Shown: positions 43,855 to 53,660 of the stretch, one piece after another
Layout of the letters: each line of letters begins with the position of its first letter
Numbering within the stretch: position 1 is the stretch's first letter
Origin: an uncultured Candidatus Saccharibacteria bacterium
GTDB taxonomy: Bacteria > Patescibacteriota > Minisyncoccia > Minisyncoccales > PEYH01
Direction of reading: 5' to 3'
Length of the DNA: 64,000 nucleotides
NCBI GenBank assembly: GCA_964616145.1
Contig: CAZTRD010000003.1
Location: 5,892-69,891 of the forward strand
Notes under the pieces: generated by a model
Told to the model about the DNA's origin: nothing
The model's input: the letters and a program-made list of their open reading frames with translations, nothing else
Databases searched by the model: none
Made by a program: the position numbers and the translations under genes

Positions 43855-45084
43855 ATGGATAAAGTCAAAAATTTAAGAAAAAAATATCCTAAGTTTGTTT
43901 ATTCAAACTATTCCTATCGTTTTTTAAAGAATAATTTAGAAATCGTTTTTGATTTTCAAACAAAACCGGATTTAAAATTCAAAACAAAAATTGTAATCAA
44001 GAATGTGAAAGAAAAGAGGGGATTGGATAATTTAATTTTCCATTTAGGGCTGATAGAAATGTTCAATTACTGGAAAGCTACCTGCTCTCCGGAAATTATG
44101 ATACAGGCAGGATATTTAAATGCTGATGGAGTTAAATTCTTAAAGAGGATAATATTTAACGGAATGGGCCAGTATTTCTATGAAAACAAAATTAATTATC
44201 TTTCTAAAGATTTTTTAAAGATTACGATTAATTCTAGGAATAAATTAGGGATTAATAATCAAAAGAATAATGTAAAGAAGATATTAGTTCCTATCGGAGG
44301 GGGGAAGGATACTCCAACAACCATAGAACTATTGAGAGATGATGAAAATACATTAAATGGATTCATTTTAAATCCTAGAAAATCTCAATCAGAGATAGCC
44401 AAAATCGGGAAATTAAAAGAAGCAATTATTGTTGAAAGGAAAATTGATCCAAAACTGTTGGAATTGAATAAAAAGATAGGCTTAAACGGCCATGTCCCGT
44501 TTTCCGCCTTTTTATCCTGCCTAAGCTTGATAATCGCAACCCTTACTAATGCAAGCAGAGTGGCTTTTTCCTGGGAAAAAAGCTCAAATGAGCCAAATGT
44601 AAAATATCTTGGCAAATGGATAAATCATCAATGGTCAAAAAGCATGGAATTTGAGAAACTATTCAATTCATATGCCAGAAAATATCTGACAAAGAATGTA
44701 GAAATATTCTCTCCAACCAGAAATTTTACTGAATTGCAAATTGCCGAAATATTTACTAAGCTAGGAAGATATCATAAGGCATTTTTGAGCTGCAATAATG
44801 CTTACAAAATTGATTCAAAGAATAATGAATGGTGCGGAAAGTGTCCTAAATGTTTATCCGTCTATCTATATCTCTATCCTTTTTTAGGAAAAGAGAAATT
44901 GAAGAATATTTTTAAGAAAAACTTGTTTGAAGATAAAAAATTAATTCCTTTAATGAAACAGTTGATAGGGAAAGAGAGGTTTAAGCCGTTTGAATGCGTT
45001 GGAACGATTAAAGAAAATAGAAAAGTATTTGAAATCATTAAAAAACAAAATAAAGATAAAAATAACATTTTATTAAAAATATGA
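43855..45084 (+). CDS. Uncharacterised protein with PP-loop-like motif and C-terminal Cys motif (possible MurL-type epimerase; inference only)
   Basis: 'KKILVPIGGGKDTPTTIELL' resembles the SGGxDS PP-loop. 'WCGKCPKC' lies near the C-terminus. Starts 1 nt after mraY and overlaps the next gene by 4 nt. Confidence 0.45.
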   Translation: MDKVKNLRKKYPKFVYSNYSYRFLKNNLEIVFDFQTKPDLKFKTKIVIKNVKEKRGLDNLIFHLGLIEMFNYWKATCSPEIMIQAGYLNADGVKFLKRIIFNGMGQYFYENKINYLSKDFLKITINSRNKLGINNQKNNVKKILVPIGGGKDTPTTIELLRDDENTLNGFILNPRKSQSEIAKIGKLKEAIIVERKIDPKLLELNKKIGLNGHVPFSAFLSCLSLIIATLTNASRVAFSWEKSSNEPNVKYLGKWINHQWSKSMEFEKLFNSYARKYLTKNVEIFSPTRNFTELQIAEIFTKLGRYHKAFLSCNNAYKIDSKNNEWCGKCPKCLSVYLYLYPFLGKEKLKNIFKKNLFEDKKLIPLMKQLIGKERFKPFECVGTIKENRKVFEIIKKQNKDKNNILLKI

Positions 45085-47078
45085 CAGAACAAATACCAAA
45101 ACCAGTTGAATATAATCGGTTCAGTTCTTTAAGAGGAATTATTAAGGCCGGAGCGTTTTTAACTTTGTTGGCTCCGCTTTTAGTATGCAATAAATTCTTT
45201 TTCCCTTTTGTCGGACCCAAAAGCATATATTTTATGGCTGTGGTTGAGATAATATTTTTTGCTTGGATAATTTTGGCAATATTTGATAAATCATACAGGC
45301 CAAAGATTAATGCTTTAACAATATCAATCCTTGTATTTCTATTGATAATCACTTTAAGTGGGGTTTTGGGAGTAAATCCATCAAATTCTTTCTGGTCAAA
45401 GCATGAAAGAATCACCGGGCTTTTAATGATGTATCATTTGTTTGCGTATTTTCTGGTTTTAAAATCAACATTCAAAGATAGGAAGGAATGGATGTGGTTG
45501 TTATATGCTTCAATAGGAGTCGGGGTATTAGTATCAATATTAAGTTTTAGGCCCGAATTAATCAAGTTAAGTAGTGCTAGCGCTAGGGGCGGAGCTACTT
45601 TGGGAAATAGTAGTTTTTTAGGAAGTTATCTTCTATTTAATTTTTTCTTTGCTTTCTTTGCCTTGATCAAGTCAAAGAAGTTTTGGAAATTACTGTGGCT
45701 TGGCTGCATGATATTATTTTTCTTGTCTATCCTGTTGAATGGAGCTAGGGCAGCTACTCTTGTGTCTATTCTAGGATTGATTCTAATTGGATTGTTCTGG
45801 ATTTCTTTTGTAGCAAAACAGAAATGGATCAGGTGGGCGGGTAGGGGAGTAATAGTCATTTTAATCTGTCTTGGTTGCATTGTTATGTTTTTGGTAACTC
45901 AAAAAGATAGCTTTGTCCAGAAACTCATGATTGAACATACTATGGGAAGCAGATTAATCACACTTCGCTCATCCTGGGGAGCATTTAAAGCTAAACCATT
46001 GTTAGGATGGGGTTGGGAAAATTTTGATTCTATCTGGACGAAATATTACGATCCATCATCGCCAACAACAATGGGAGGAGGGGAATATTGGTATGATAAA
46101 GCGCACAATGTAGTTGCAGAAACTGCTGCAACTTCTGGTATTTTAGGTCTATTGTCATATTTAGGCATTTTTGTAACAGTTTTTATTATTTTGATAAAAA
46201 GGTTTTTCAAGAAAAAAGATTTCTGGCTGCCAGCTATTTTTAGTTCTTTGCTCATGGCTTACTTTTTGCAGAATCTGACTGTATTTGATATGATCTCCAG
46301 TTATATTGTCTTATTCCTGTCTTTGGCTTTTATAGATTCTCTGTATAAAGAAGAAAAAGAATATCCCAACATTGATTTATCAACATTAAATATTGGATTA
46401 AGTTTAATTGCTTTAGCATGCTTAATTGCTTCTTTGATATTCTTTGTGATAAATCCCTTGAAATCTTCCGCCTATATCTCTAAGGTAGGCATAGCAGAAA
46501 ATTCAACAGAGAGATTGGGATATTACAAGGCCTCAATATTAACTTCCCTACTAGGAAGATTCCAGAATAGGGCTTTTCTGGCAAGAGAAACCTTGGTTCT
46601 TTCTAGATCTTCTGCGCTTGAGCAAATTAATCCGGAAAATTTCTCCCAAGAAGTTAATTTCATCACTCAGGAATTGGAAAAAACGGTAAAGGAAAGCAAA
46701 TATGATTTAAGGTCCAGAATGGATTTATCTCAGATATATGCGGCTAGGGCGGTTTTCTTCAAAGAATCGTTTGAAAAAGCTCAAAAACTTGTTGATGAAA
46801 CTTTGACATTGTGTCCAAATAATCAGCAGGCTCTATGGAATGCCGCTCAAATGGCTGCCTATCAAAAGGAATATGATAAGACGATGGAATATGCTCAAAA
46901 AGCCATTGATGTAGCTCCAAATCTAGCTGAATCATATTATACATATGTAAAATTGGCATTTTTGACTGGACAGAATGAGCTAGCATACAAAATGGCAGAG
47001 GAAAGCAAAAAAACTATTAATACTGTTGAATTTGAGAAGAAAATGCAGACAATTTTAGATGAATATTCCAAGAAATAA
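45081..47078 (+). CDS. O-antigen ligase/Wzy_C-like polytopic membrane protein with C-terminal TPR-like repeats
   Basis: At least 10 TM helices with a central 'LNGARAATLVSILGLILIGL' segment and a large loop 'GWGWENFDSIW...YDKAHNVVAETAATSGILG', typical of Wzy_C/O-antigen ligase-like proteins. The C-terminal ~200 aa are helical repeats (ALWNAAQMAAYQKEYDKTMEYAQKAIDVAPNLAESYY). Confidence 0.6.
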   Translation: MTEQIPKPVEYNRFSSLRGIIKAGAFLTLLAPLLVCNKFFFPFVGPKSIYFMAVVEIIFFAWIILAIFDKSYRPKINALTISILVFLLIITLSGVLGVNPSNSFWSKHERITGLLMMYHLFAYFLVLKSTFKDRKEWMWLLYASIGVGVLVSILSFRPELIKLSSASARGGATLGNSSFLGSYLLFNFFFAFFALIKSKKFWKLLWLGCMILFFLSILLNGARAATLVSILGLILIGLFWISFVAKQKWIRWAGRGVIVILICLGCIVMFLVTQKDSFVQKLMIEHTMGSRLITLRSSWGAFKAKPLLGWGWENFDSIWTKYYDPSSPTTMGGGEYWYDKAHNVVAETAATSGILGLLSYLGIFVTVFIILIKRFFKKKDFWLPAIFSSLLMAYFLQNLTVFDMISSYIVLFLSLAFIDSLYKEEKEYPNIDLSTLNIGLSLIALACLIASLIFFVINPLKSSAYISKVGIAENSTERLGYYKASILTSLLGRFQNRAFLARETLVLSRSSALEQINPENFSQEVNFITQELEKTVKESKYDLRSRMDLSQIYAARAVFFKESFEKAQKLVDETLTLCPNNQQALWNAAQMAAYQKEYDKTMEYAQKAIDVAPNLAESYYTYVKLAFLTGQNELAYKMAEESKKTINTVEFEKKMQTILDEYSKK

Positions 47079-47155
47079 GTTATCCACAGAACTAAAGATA
47101 AAACATTTTGACTAGTAATGATATAATATAATTTAGAGAACTAATATCATAATAT

Positions 47156-48067
47156 ATGAAACAATCTGCAATAATAGCCGTATTGTTTTGGTCAATTATG
47201 GGGGTTATAATTTGTATTTCCATTTTATCAACATCTAGTGTTATTGCCGATACTGACACTGCCAATACATTAACGGAAATAGGAAATGCGACTCCAACTG
47301 TTGTTATTAATAGCGTAACTGGTCCAATAACGCTACTTGAAAATGGACATACGGCAATTGCTTGGGCAACAAGTACAGTAACTGATAATAATGGATGTGA
47401 CGAAGTAGATTTTGCAACATCTGTCGTCGCTGTTTTTTACGACAGCGCTGCAGTAGCAACAAGTTGCTCTTCCAATGGAAGAAATTGTTATCCAAGTGCA
47501 AGTACAACGTGTGCTGTAAGCGCGGGTGATACTTGCGATGGCGTAGGAGATACCAGCGTCGAATGGTCTTGCTATGTTAATCCATGGCATTACGCTAACG
47601 ATGCTGCTACTTGGAAATGGTATATAGCGGCATCTGATGCTGCTAATACGGGATCTAGTACGAGCGATACAGTTACTGTAAATCCTTTGCTTGCTCTTGA
47701 TGTAACAGAGGGTACAATAGATTATGGAACTTTGGCTCTAAATACATTATCTGCGCAAAGCACAACAACTGTTGTCAATACTGGTAATGATACAGCAATG
47801 GATGTGGGTATCAAAGAAAGTGCTGCTTTCACTTGCACTTTAGGAAACATAACCTCTACCTATCAGCATTATTCTCAATCAGGTGGATTCTCATATGGAG
47901 ATGGAACTGTATTATGGTCAACCAGCACGCAATCATTGAATGCAGACATAGCTCAGGGTGAAAATGGAAGCGAAACTCCTTCTGAAGCTGTTTACTGGTT
48001 GTTGACTACTCCTGCTGATGGCGTATCTGGATCTTGCAGTGGTACAAACTATTTTGAAGCTCAATAA
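47156..48067 (+). CDS. Secreted Thr/Ser/Ala-rich, Cys-containing surface protein
   Basis: Signal peptide (AIIAVLFWSIMGVIICISILSTSSVIA/DT). Composition is beta-rich. The C-terminal 'EAVYWLLTTPADG' is reminiscent of the WxL-domain end motif (weak). Confidence 0.55.
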   Translation: MKQSAIIAVLFWSIMGVIICISILSTSSVIADTDTANTLTEIGNATPTVVINSVTGPITLLENGHTAIAWATSTVTDNNGCDEVDFATSVVAVFYDSAAVATSCSSNGRNCYPSASTTCAVSAGDTCDGVGDTSVEWSCYVNPWHYANDAATWKWYIAASDAANTGSSTSDTVTVNPLLALDVTEGTIDYGTLALNTLSAQSTTTVVNTGNDTAMDVGIKESAAFTCTLGNITSTYQHYSQSGGFSYGDGTVLWSTSTQSLNADIAQGENGSETPSEAVYWLLTTPADGVSGSCSGTNYFEAQ

Positions 48068-48100
48068 ATCCTGTTTGTGTAAATAGATTTAATATTTAGT

Positions 48101-49081
48101 ATGAAATCTTTGTTTGATCGTTTTGCAAAATATATTATTTTTCTGTCTGTAATTTTTTTTGTATTTCCTTTAATCACTAGGGCCGGTTTTGGTTTGTCTC
48201 CGGGGAATATAAATATCAATAATGCTTTAAGGGGATCATCTTTTGAAAAAGTTTTTGTAATTTCAAGATCTGACCCTGTGGGGAATTTAATAGTAACAGT
48301 AGAACCGCTCGGAGATACTGCCGAATGGTTTCAATTTGACAGGGGAAACAAATTTACATATCCGGAAGGAGAAAAACAATTTCCGATAAAATCTGTTGTA
48401 ACTATTCCGGGAGGAACTCCCAATGGTACATATACCGGAAAGATACGATTCTCTGGATCCATGGATACCACGGGCAATACCGAGGGAGCAAGCGTCGGGA
48501 TTACTATGGGAGCATTAGCTGATATCAGCGTCACTGTTACGGATAAAGAGATTAAGGGATTCAGATTAATTGGCTTACAAGCTGAAAAAGCGGTTGAGGG
48601 AGAACCTTTGGTTCTGTCTCTCACTTTGGAAAATACCGGTAATGTGGATATCCAGCCCAGCTATATCATTGCAGAGCTTTTTGACAAATTCTATAAACTA
48701 CAATTAGCTACATTCAGGGTTTCTAAATTCAATGGATCAGTCAAGGTAGCAAGCTCTGGAAAAGTTTTAGCTACGGTACCATGGACAATTCCGGACGCAG
48801 GAAATTATTGGGCTGAGGTTTCTATCTTCGGCGATCAAAATCAATTAGTAGCAAAAGAGAAGTTACCGTTTGATGCAGTTGCTGGGACGGGATTATTGGC
48901 ATTTGTTGATAAAAACTCTGCAATATATTTCATAATGGGAGGGGTAATAATCTTTTTAATAATCATAATTGTTATTTTTGCCATACTTTTGATCAATACA
49001 AGAAATAAACAAACAAAAGAATTAGCAGAGATGACCAAACATTTAATGAAGTTGGTGAAAAACAAAAATGGAAGAAAATAG
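48101..49081 (+). CDS. Surface protein with N-terminal signal peptide, CARDB/DUF11-like beta domains and C-terminal TM anchor
   Basis: Signal 'IIFLSVIFFVFPLITRA'. 'PLVLSLTLENTGNVDIQPSYI' is a CARDB-like strand pattern. The C-terminal 'IYFIMGGVIIFLIIIIVIFAILLINTRNKQ' is a TM anchor with a basic tail. Confidence 0.55.
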   Translation: MKSLFDRFAKYIIFLSVIFFVFPLITRAGFGLSPGNININNALRGSSFEKVFVISRSDPVGNLIVTVEPLGDTAEWFQFDRGNKFTYPEGEKQFPIKSVVTIPGGTPNGTYTGKIRFSGSMDTTGNTEGASVGITMGALADISVTVTDKEIKGFRLIGLQAEKAVEGEPLVLSLTLENTGNVDIQPSYIIAELFDKFYKLQLATFRVSKFNGSVKVASSGKVLATVPWTIPDAGNYWAEVSIFGDQNQLVAKEKLPFDAVAGTGLLAFVDKNSAIYFIMGGVIIFLIIIIVIFAILLINTRNKQTKELAEMTKHLMKLVKNKNGRK

Positions 49082-50950
49082 TAAAAAAAAAATTGTTTAA
49101 TTCTTTTATTTTTATTCTTTTTTATAGGAATATCTTTTGTTAAAGCGGATAGCGATACGACAAATACCTCAGCACAGGTTATAGATATAACAGGACCAGT
49201 AATTAGTAATATAAGTTCAACTATATTAAGCAATAGTTCTGTTTCTGTTACCTGGACTACTAATGAACTAAGCACTTCTGTTGTTGATTATGGAAAGACC
49301 ACGGCTTTGGGGTCAACCGAGAGCGATCTTTTATTAGTAACCTCTCATTCTGTTACATTAAACGATCTATCTAGCGGCACAACTTACTATTACAGAGTAA
49401 GCAGCGCTGATTTGTCTGGAAACAGTACTACGGATAACAATGGCGGCAATTTCTACGCCTTTACAACTCCGTCTAATAATTTTATTCCTCCACCGAGCAG
49501 TGGAGTATCTACTCCTAAAATTTTAGAAATAGACGAGAGCAAAATACTTTTAAATAATAATTCTGAATTTACTAAAGGCCTGATGATAGAGATTATTTTA
49601 AATCTAACAAATGTAAGCAAATTCAAGATAGGGAACAGTAATAATTTAAATAGCGAAACTTGGCAAGAATTTGTACCGAAAACTTCTAAAAAGATCTCTG
49701 AGGAGGATGGAAAGAAATCAATATATTTTCAATTCCAAAACGATGAGGGATTAGCTAGCAATGTGATAGAGAAAACTATTGTCTTAGATACAAGCCCTCC
49801 ATCCGCTCCTACTAATCTAAATGTGAAATATGTAGAAAATTATGTAGAAACCAGTTTTCAGAAGCCAAGCGATGGAGATATTGCCGGATACAGATTATTT
49901 AAAAGCACTTCTGGTTTTGTTTACAATCCGTTAGGTAATGAGCAGATAATTTTAGATGGCAAAGCCGAAAGCACAATAGATAGAGATATAAGATCCGGGA
50001 GAAAATATTATTATTCCGTATTCTCCTATGACTATGTCAGAAATTATTCATCTCCAGCCGTAGCAGAGATTATCATTCCTCCATATGCATCGGAAGGAGA
50101 AGAAATAATATCTACTGATAAAGGCATAAAAACTTTTGAGTTGGAACCGCAAAAACAAAATCTGAAAATAGAAATAGGGGATAAGCTGGAAGATCTTTCT
50201 ATTTCTCAGAAAAGTTTTCATTATCTAGAAAATTCTCCAATCAATATTACTATTCCAGAAAATAGTTTTCTAAGAGATTCTGACGCTTTGGTATTAAAAG
50301 TAGGGGCAGAATTGTTGTATGGCCTGCAAAGGATAGAACATGTCTGGACTGCCAAAATCGATGTTCCCGGGAAACAAACAAGCTATCTTTTAACGCTGGA
50401 GGTGATTAGAAAAGATGGCACTAAGGAAATAATAGAATTGGGGCAAGTATTAGTAGATCCTTTTGGATATGTATACCAGGATGTAATAGAGCCGCATTTA
50501 AATTTATTCAAGGATGGGTTTTGGTCCTGGGAAAAAGCTCACAAACAAAACAGATTAGAGAAGGTAAAAGTATTTCTGTATCAATACAATGATTCATTAA
50601 AAGATTGGCAGCTCTTTGAGGCTAGCAGATATGGACAGAAAAACCCTCAGATTACGACCAAAGAAGGGGCTTACGGATTCCTTGTTCCCGAAGGGTCATA
50701 TTATCTTGAAGCCATTAAGATTGGTTTTGGGGAAAAAACAACAGAGTCATTTGAGATACGGGATCAAATAGTAAATAAAGATATTGAATTATCATCTATC
50801 ACCATTCATTGGTGGCAGGTAGATGAGAATAGGGAAGTTATTCTATTAATTATTCTTCCTATTGTTGCAATAATTGCTATAATAATTATAAAGGCAATAA
50901 AAAAACGCAGAAAAGTTAAAATTGTCTATGATGGTTTCTCAATTAAATAG
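49068..50950 (+). CDS. Large FN3-domain surface protein with C-terminal TM anchor; start separated from the body by a frameshift in the A10 tract
   Basis: The frame of 49307-50950 is open back to 49085. It reads KKNCLILLFLFFFIGISFVKA/DSDTT (signal-peptide h- and c-regions) but has no start codon. ATG 49068 (GGTGA 9 nt upstream) reads MEENSKKKIV* in another frame. One extra A, or two fewer, in the A10 tract joins them. FN3-like 'VSVTWTTNELSTSVVDYGKTTALG...TTYYYRVSSADLSGN'. C-terminal anchor 'VILLIILPIVAIIAIIIIKAIKKRRK'. Confidence 0.6.
49083..49092 (+). repeat. A10 homopolymer at the 5' end of the FN3 surface-protein gene
   Basis: Ten consecutive A residues lie between ATG 49068 (MEENSKKK...) and the long downstream frame that opens at 49085. 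Confidence 0.9.
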
Positions 50951-52250
50951 AAAATCTATTGCCTGGTTTATCGCTGGAATAATATTTCTGGTTTTTGCGT
51001 TTGCTGGTTTTTCAAAAGCGCAGACAACTCCCGGTTTGCAGATTTTGTTATCAGGAAAATTGATTGATGCGGAAGGAACAACAGAGCAGACAGGAAAATT
51101 CAATATAAGTTTTGCCCTGTATGAAACCGCATCTTCTACTGATAACATATGGAGTGAAGTTTTCAGCGGAGATAACAAAGTAATAGTTGAAAATGGTATT
51201 TTTCAGGTAAGTTTAGGATTGCAGAATCCTTTTAATGTTGATTTTGAAAACAACACATATCTTTTAGGGGTAAGCATTGGGGGAACAAGCGATGTTCCTC
51301 AATGGGATCAAGAAATGACCCCTCGTATTCAAGTAACTACTTTAAAAAATCTTTTATTCTCTGGAAAAATAATAATGACAGAGGAAGAATTGGTAAATGC
51401 TTTGATTGAAGAATTTAAGAATAATACATCAAGCACAGATAAATTGACTCAAACAGCTTTCATTAATTTCTTAAAACAAAAACTTGCTCAGGCCGGAACA
51501 AGCGCTGTTATCATTTCTCCCAATACTATCAGCCTACTATTAGAACAAGTGTTAAAAATACAAGAAGATTATGAACAAAGCCTAGAAAAACAAACTTTCT
51601 GGCAATCATTGTTAAATTTCTTTACAAAGATATTTGACGCTATTGCTGAAAAATTAGGAAAAATATCTGATAAGATAACTGAGATATTTTACAGATTAGA
51701 TACCATAGATCGGGGAATTTCAAAGATTATTAATATTCTTGAAAACCAGAACCCCCAGTCAGCAAGTCTTGCTCCAACAATTTTGCCAACCGTTGATCAA
51801 CAATCAAGCATTAATTATGATGCAAATTTCTTAGTCAAAGATCTCGGGAAAATCATACTTAGAACTGGAGAAACAACTATTAGAGTATTTTCTCAATACA
51901 TTACAGAAAATACTAAAATATTTGTATTACCAATAGAAGAAATACAAGATATTTGGTGGATATCTGACAGAAAAATAGGTGAGTATTTTGAAATATCTAT
52001 TACTCAATCTCAGGGCCAAGATTTGGATTTTGAATATTGGATAATAGTTCCTAAAAACGAACTACCTCAGGAGATAATAATCATTCCTGAAACGCCAACC
52101 CCGGAAATAATTCCTACAGAATCTGCGGTTGAGCCCCCAGTAGTAGAAGAAACACCACAAGAAATACCAATAGAAAGCGTTGAAAACCCGCCAGTAGAAG
52201 AACTTCCCGAATCAATTCCAGAAATTGAGGAAGCAGCAAACCCGCTCTAG
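50922..52250 (+). CDS. Secreted protein with C-terminal Pro/Glu-rich repeats
   Basis: Signal peptide 'IAWFIAGIIFLVFAFAGFSKA/QT'. The C-terminal 'PETPTPEIIPTESAVEPPVVEETPQEIPIESVENPPVEELPESIPEIEE' is low-complexity. No family recognised. Confidence 0.55.
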   Translation: MSMMVSQLNRKSIAWFIAGIIFLVFAFAGFSKAQTTPGLQILLSGKLIDAEGTTEQTGKFNISFALYETASSTDNIWSEVFSGDNKVIVENGIFQVSLGLQNPFNVDFENNTYLLGVSIGGTSDVPQWDQEMTPRIQVTTLKNLLFSGKIIMTEEELVNALIEEFKNNTSSTDKLTQTAFINFLKQKLAQAGTSAVIISPNTISLLLEQVLKIQEDYEQSLEKQTFWQSLLNFFTKIFDAIAEKLGKISDKITEIFYRLDTIDRGISKIINILENQNPQSASLAPTILPTVDQQSSINYDANFLVKDLGKIILRTGETTIRVFSQYITENTKIFVLPIEEIQDIWWISDRKIGEYFEISITQSQGQDLDFEYWIIVPKNELPQEIIIIPETPTPEIIPTESAVEPPVVEETPQEIPIESVENPPVEELPESIPEIEEAANPL

Positions 52251-52262
52251 CGGGTTTTTTGA
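52238..52262 (+). terminator. Intrinsic terminator ending the surface-protein cluster
   Basis: AAACCCGC-ucua-GCGGGUUU stem followed by UUUUUG. The stop codon lies in the loop. Confidence 0.8.
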
Positions 52263-52289
52263 TTCTGTTTTTTATGTTAATCTAAAAGC

Positions 52290-53660
52290 ATGGATTTTAA
52301 ATTCCTGGAAAACAAAGAGGTTTTAATATTGGGCCTTGGCAGAGAAGGGGAGGCGACTTTTAAATTATTAAGAAAAGTATTTCCAGATAAGATATTTTTT
52401 ATCGCTGATCAAACAGAATTTAAAAAATTACCAATTAGATTAAGGAGGCTATCAGAAGCAGATGGTAATGTAATTTTATCCTTGGGTAAAAATTATTTAG
52501 AGATAGTAAAAAATGTCCAAGTTATTTTCAAAACTCCCGGGATTCCGGAAAAAATATTAGCTCCTTATCTAAATGATAAAATTAATGTCCTATCAGAGAT
52601 AGAAATATTTTTACAGGAGAAAAAACAAAATTGCATAGGAATTACGGGAACAAAGGGAAAGAGCACTACTTCTTCTTTGATTCATCATATTTTAAAAAAT
52701 AGCGGCATTAAATCAAAACTAATTGGAAATATCGGGAAACCCGTCTTTACGTATCTAGAAACAAAAGGCAGGGGGAAATTCGTAATAGAGCTTTCTTCTC
52801 ATCAATTAAATAGAGTAGAAACAAGTCCGCATATCGCCGTATTCTTAAATATATTCAGAGAACATTTGGATTATTACAATAATTTCAATGAATATTTTGA
52901 AGCAAAACAAAACATATTCAAATGGCAGGCGAAAAATGATTATTATATTTACAATAGCGATTTTAAACAATTAAAAGAACTCGCGAAAAAAAGCAATGGT
53001 CATTTAATTTCTTTTGGATTTGAGGGAAAACCAAAAGTTCATTTAAAAGATAACTGGATTTATTATTCAAATCAAAAAATATTAAATAGGGAAGATATAT
53101 CTCTCAAGGGCAATCATAATGTTTTAAATACCATGGCGGCGATCGCCGTTGCCAAGATATTGAAGATTCCTAACAAGAAAATAGAAAAAGCAGTTAAAAC
53201 ATTTAAACCGCTAAAACATAGGATGGAACTATTCGCTACCTATAACGGAGTGAATTTCTACAATGATTCTATCGCCACTATTCCAGAGGCCACGATACAA
53301 ATGATAAATTCAATACCTAATATAAATACCCTTATCCTGGGGGGCCTTGATAGGGGACAGGATTTTCAATCTCTGGCCTTGAAAATAATCCAGAAAAAGA
53401 TCAGGAATGTGATACTTTTACCGGAAAATGACAAAAAGATAGCTGAAGCTATTGCCAAAACGAAGGGTAGAAAACCAAAAATATATTTTGCTAGGAATAT
53501 GAAAGAGGTAGCTAAAATATCTTTTGCCAATACCAAAGAAGGTGCTTGCGTTTTATCTCCGGCTTCTGCCAGCTATAATCTGTTTAAGAATTTTGAGGAT
53601 CGGGGAAATAGATTTAAAAAGAGTATTAAGAATTTGATAAAAAATGAGCAAAACAGTTAA
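52290..53660 (+). CDS. murD: UDP-N-acetylmuramoylalanine--(D/L)-glutamate ligase
   Basis: N-terminal Rossmann 'VLILGLGREG', the Mur ligase P-loop 'GITGTKGKSTT', and 'LELSSHQL' and 'NVLNTMAAIAVA' segments. Confidence 0.85.
   Translation: MDFKFLENKEVLILGLGREGEATFKLLRKVFPDKIFFIADQTEFKKLPIRLRRLSEADGNVILSLGKNYLEIVKNVQVIFKTPGIPEKILAPYLNDKINVLSEIEIFLQEKKQNCIGITGTKGKSTTSSLIHHILKNSGIKSKLIGNIGKPVFTYLETKGRGKFVIELSSHQLNRVETSPHIAVFLNIFREHLDYYNNFNEYFEAKQNIFKWQAKNDYYIYNSDFKQLKELAKKSNGHLISFGFEGKPKVHLKDNWIYYSNQKILNREDISLKGNHNVLNTMAAIAVAKILKIPNKKIEKAVKTFKPLKHRMELFATYNGVNFYNDSIATIPEATIQMINSIPNINTLILGGLDRGQDFQSLALKIIQKKIRNVILLPENDKKIAEAIAKTKGRKPKIYFARNMKEVAKISFANTKEGACVLSPASASYNLFKNFEDRGNRFKKSIKNLIKNEQNS

Noticed and set aside
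946-49275. Many antisense or internal track ORFs. Examples are 946-1260 -, 1287-1505 +, 3126-3656 -, 4108-4356 -, 4594-4875 -, 28584-29081 -, 31871-32257 -, 43112-43543 -, 45038-45415 -, 47333-47590 - and 48841-49275 -.
   Set aside because: All are nested in or antisense to genes with strong family motifs. Their translations are low-complexity (Ser/Phe/Ile/Leu-rich), as expected from antisense AT-rich coding DNA.
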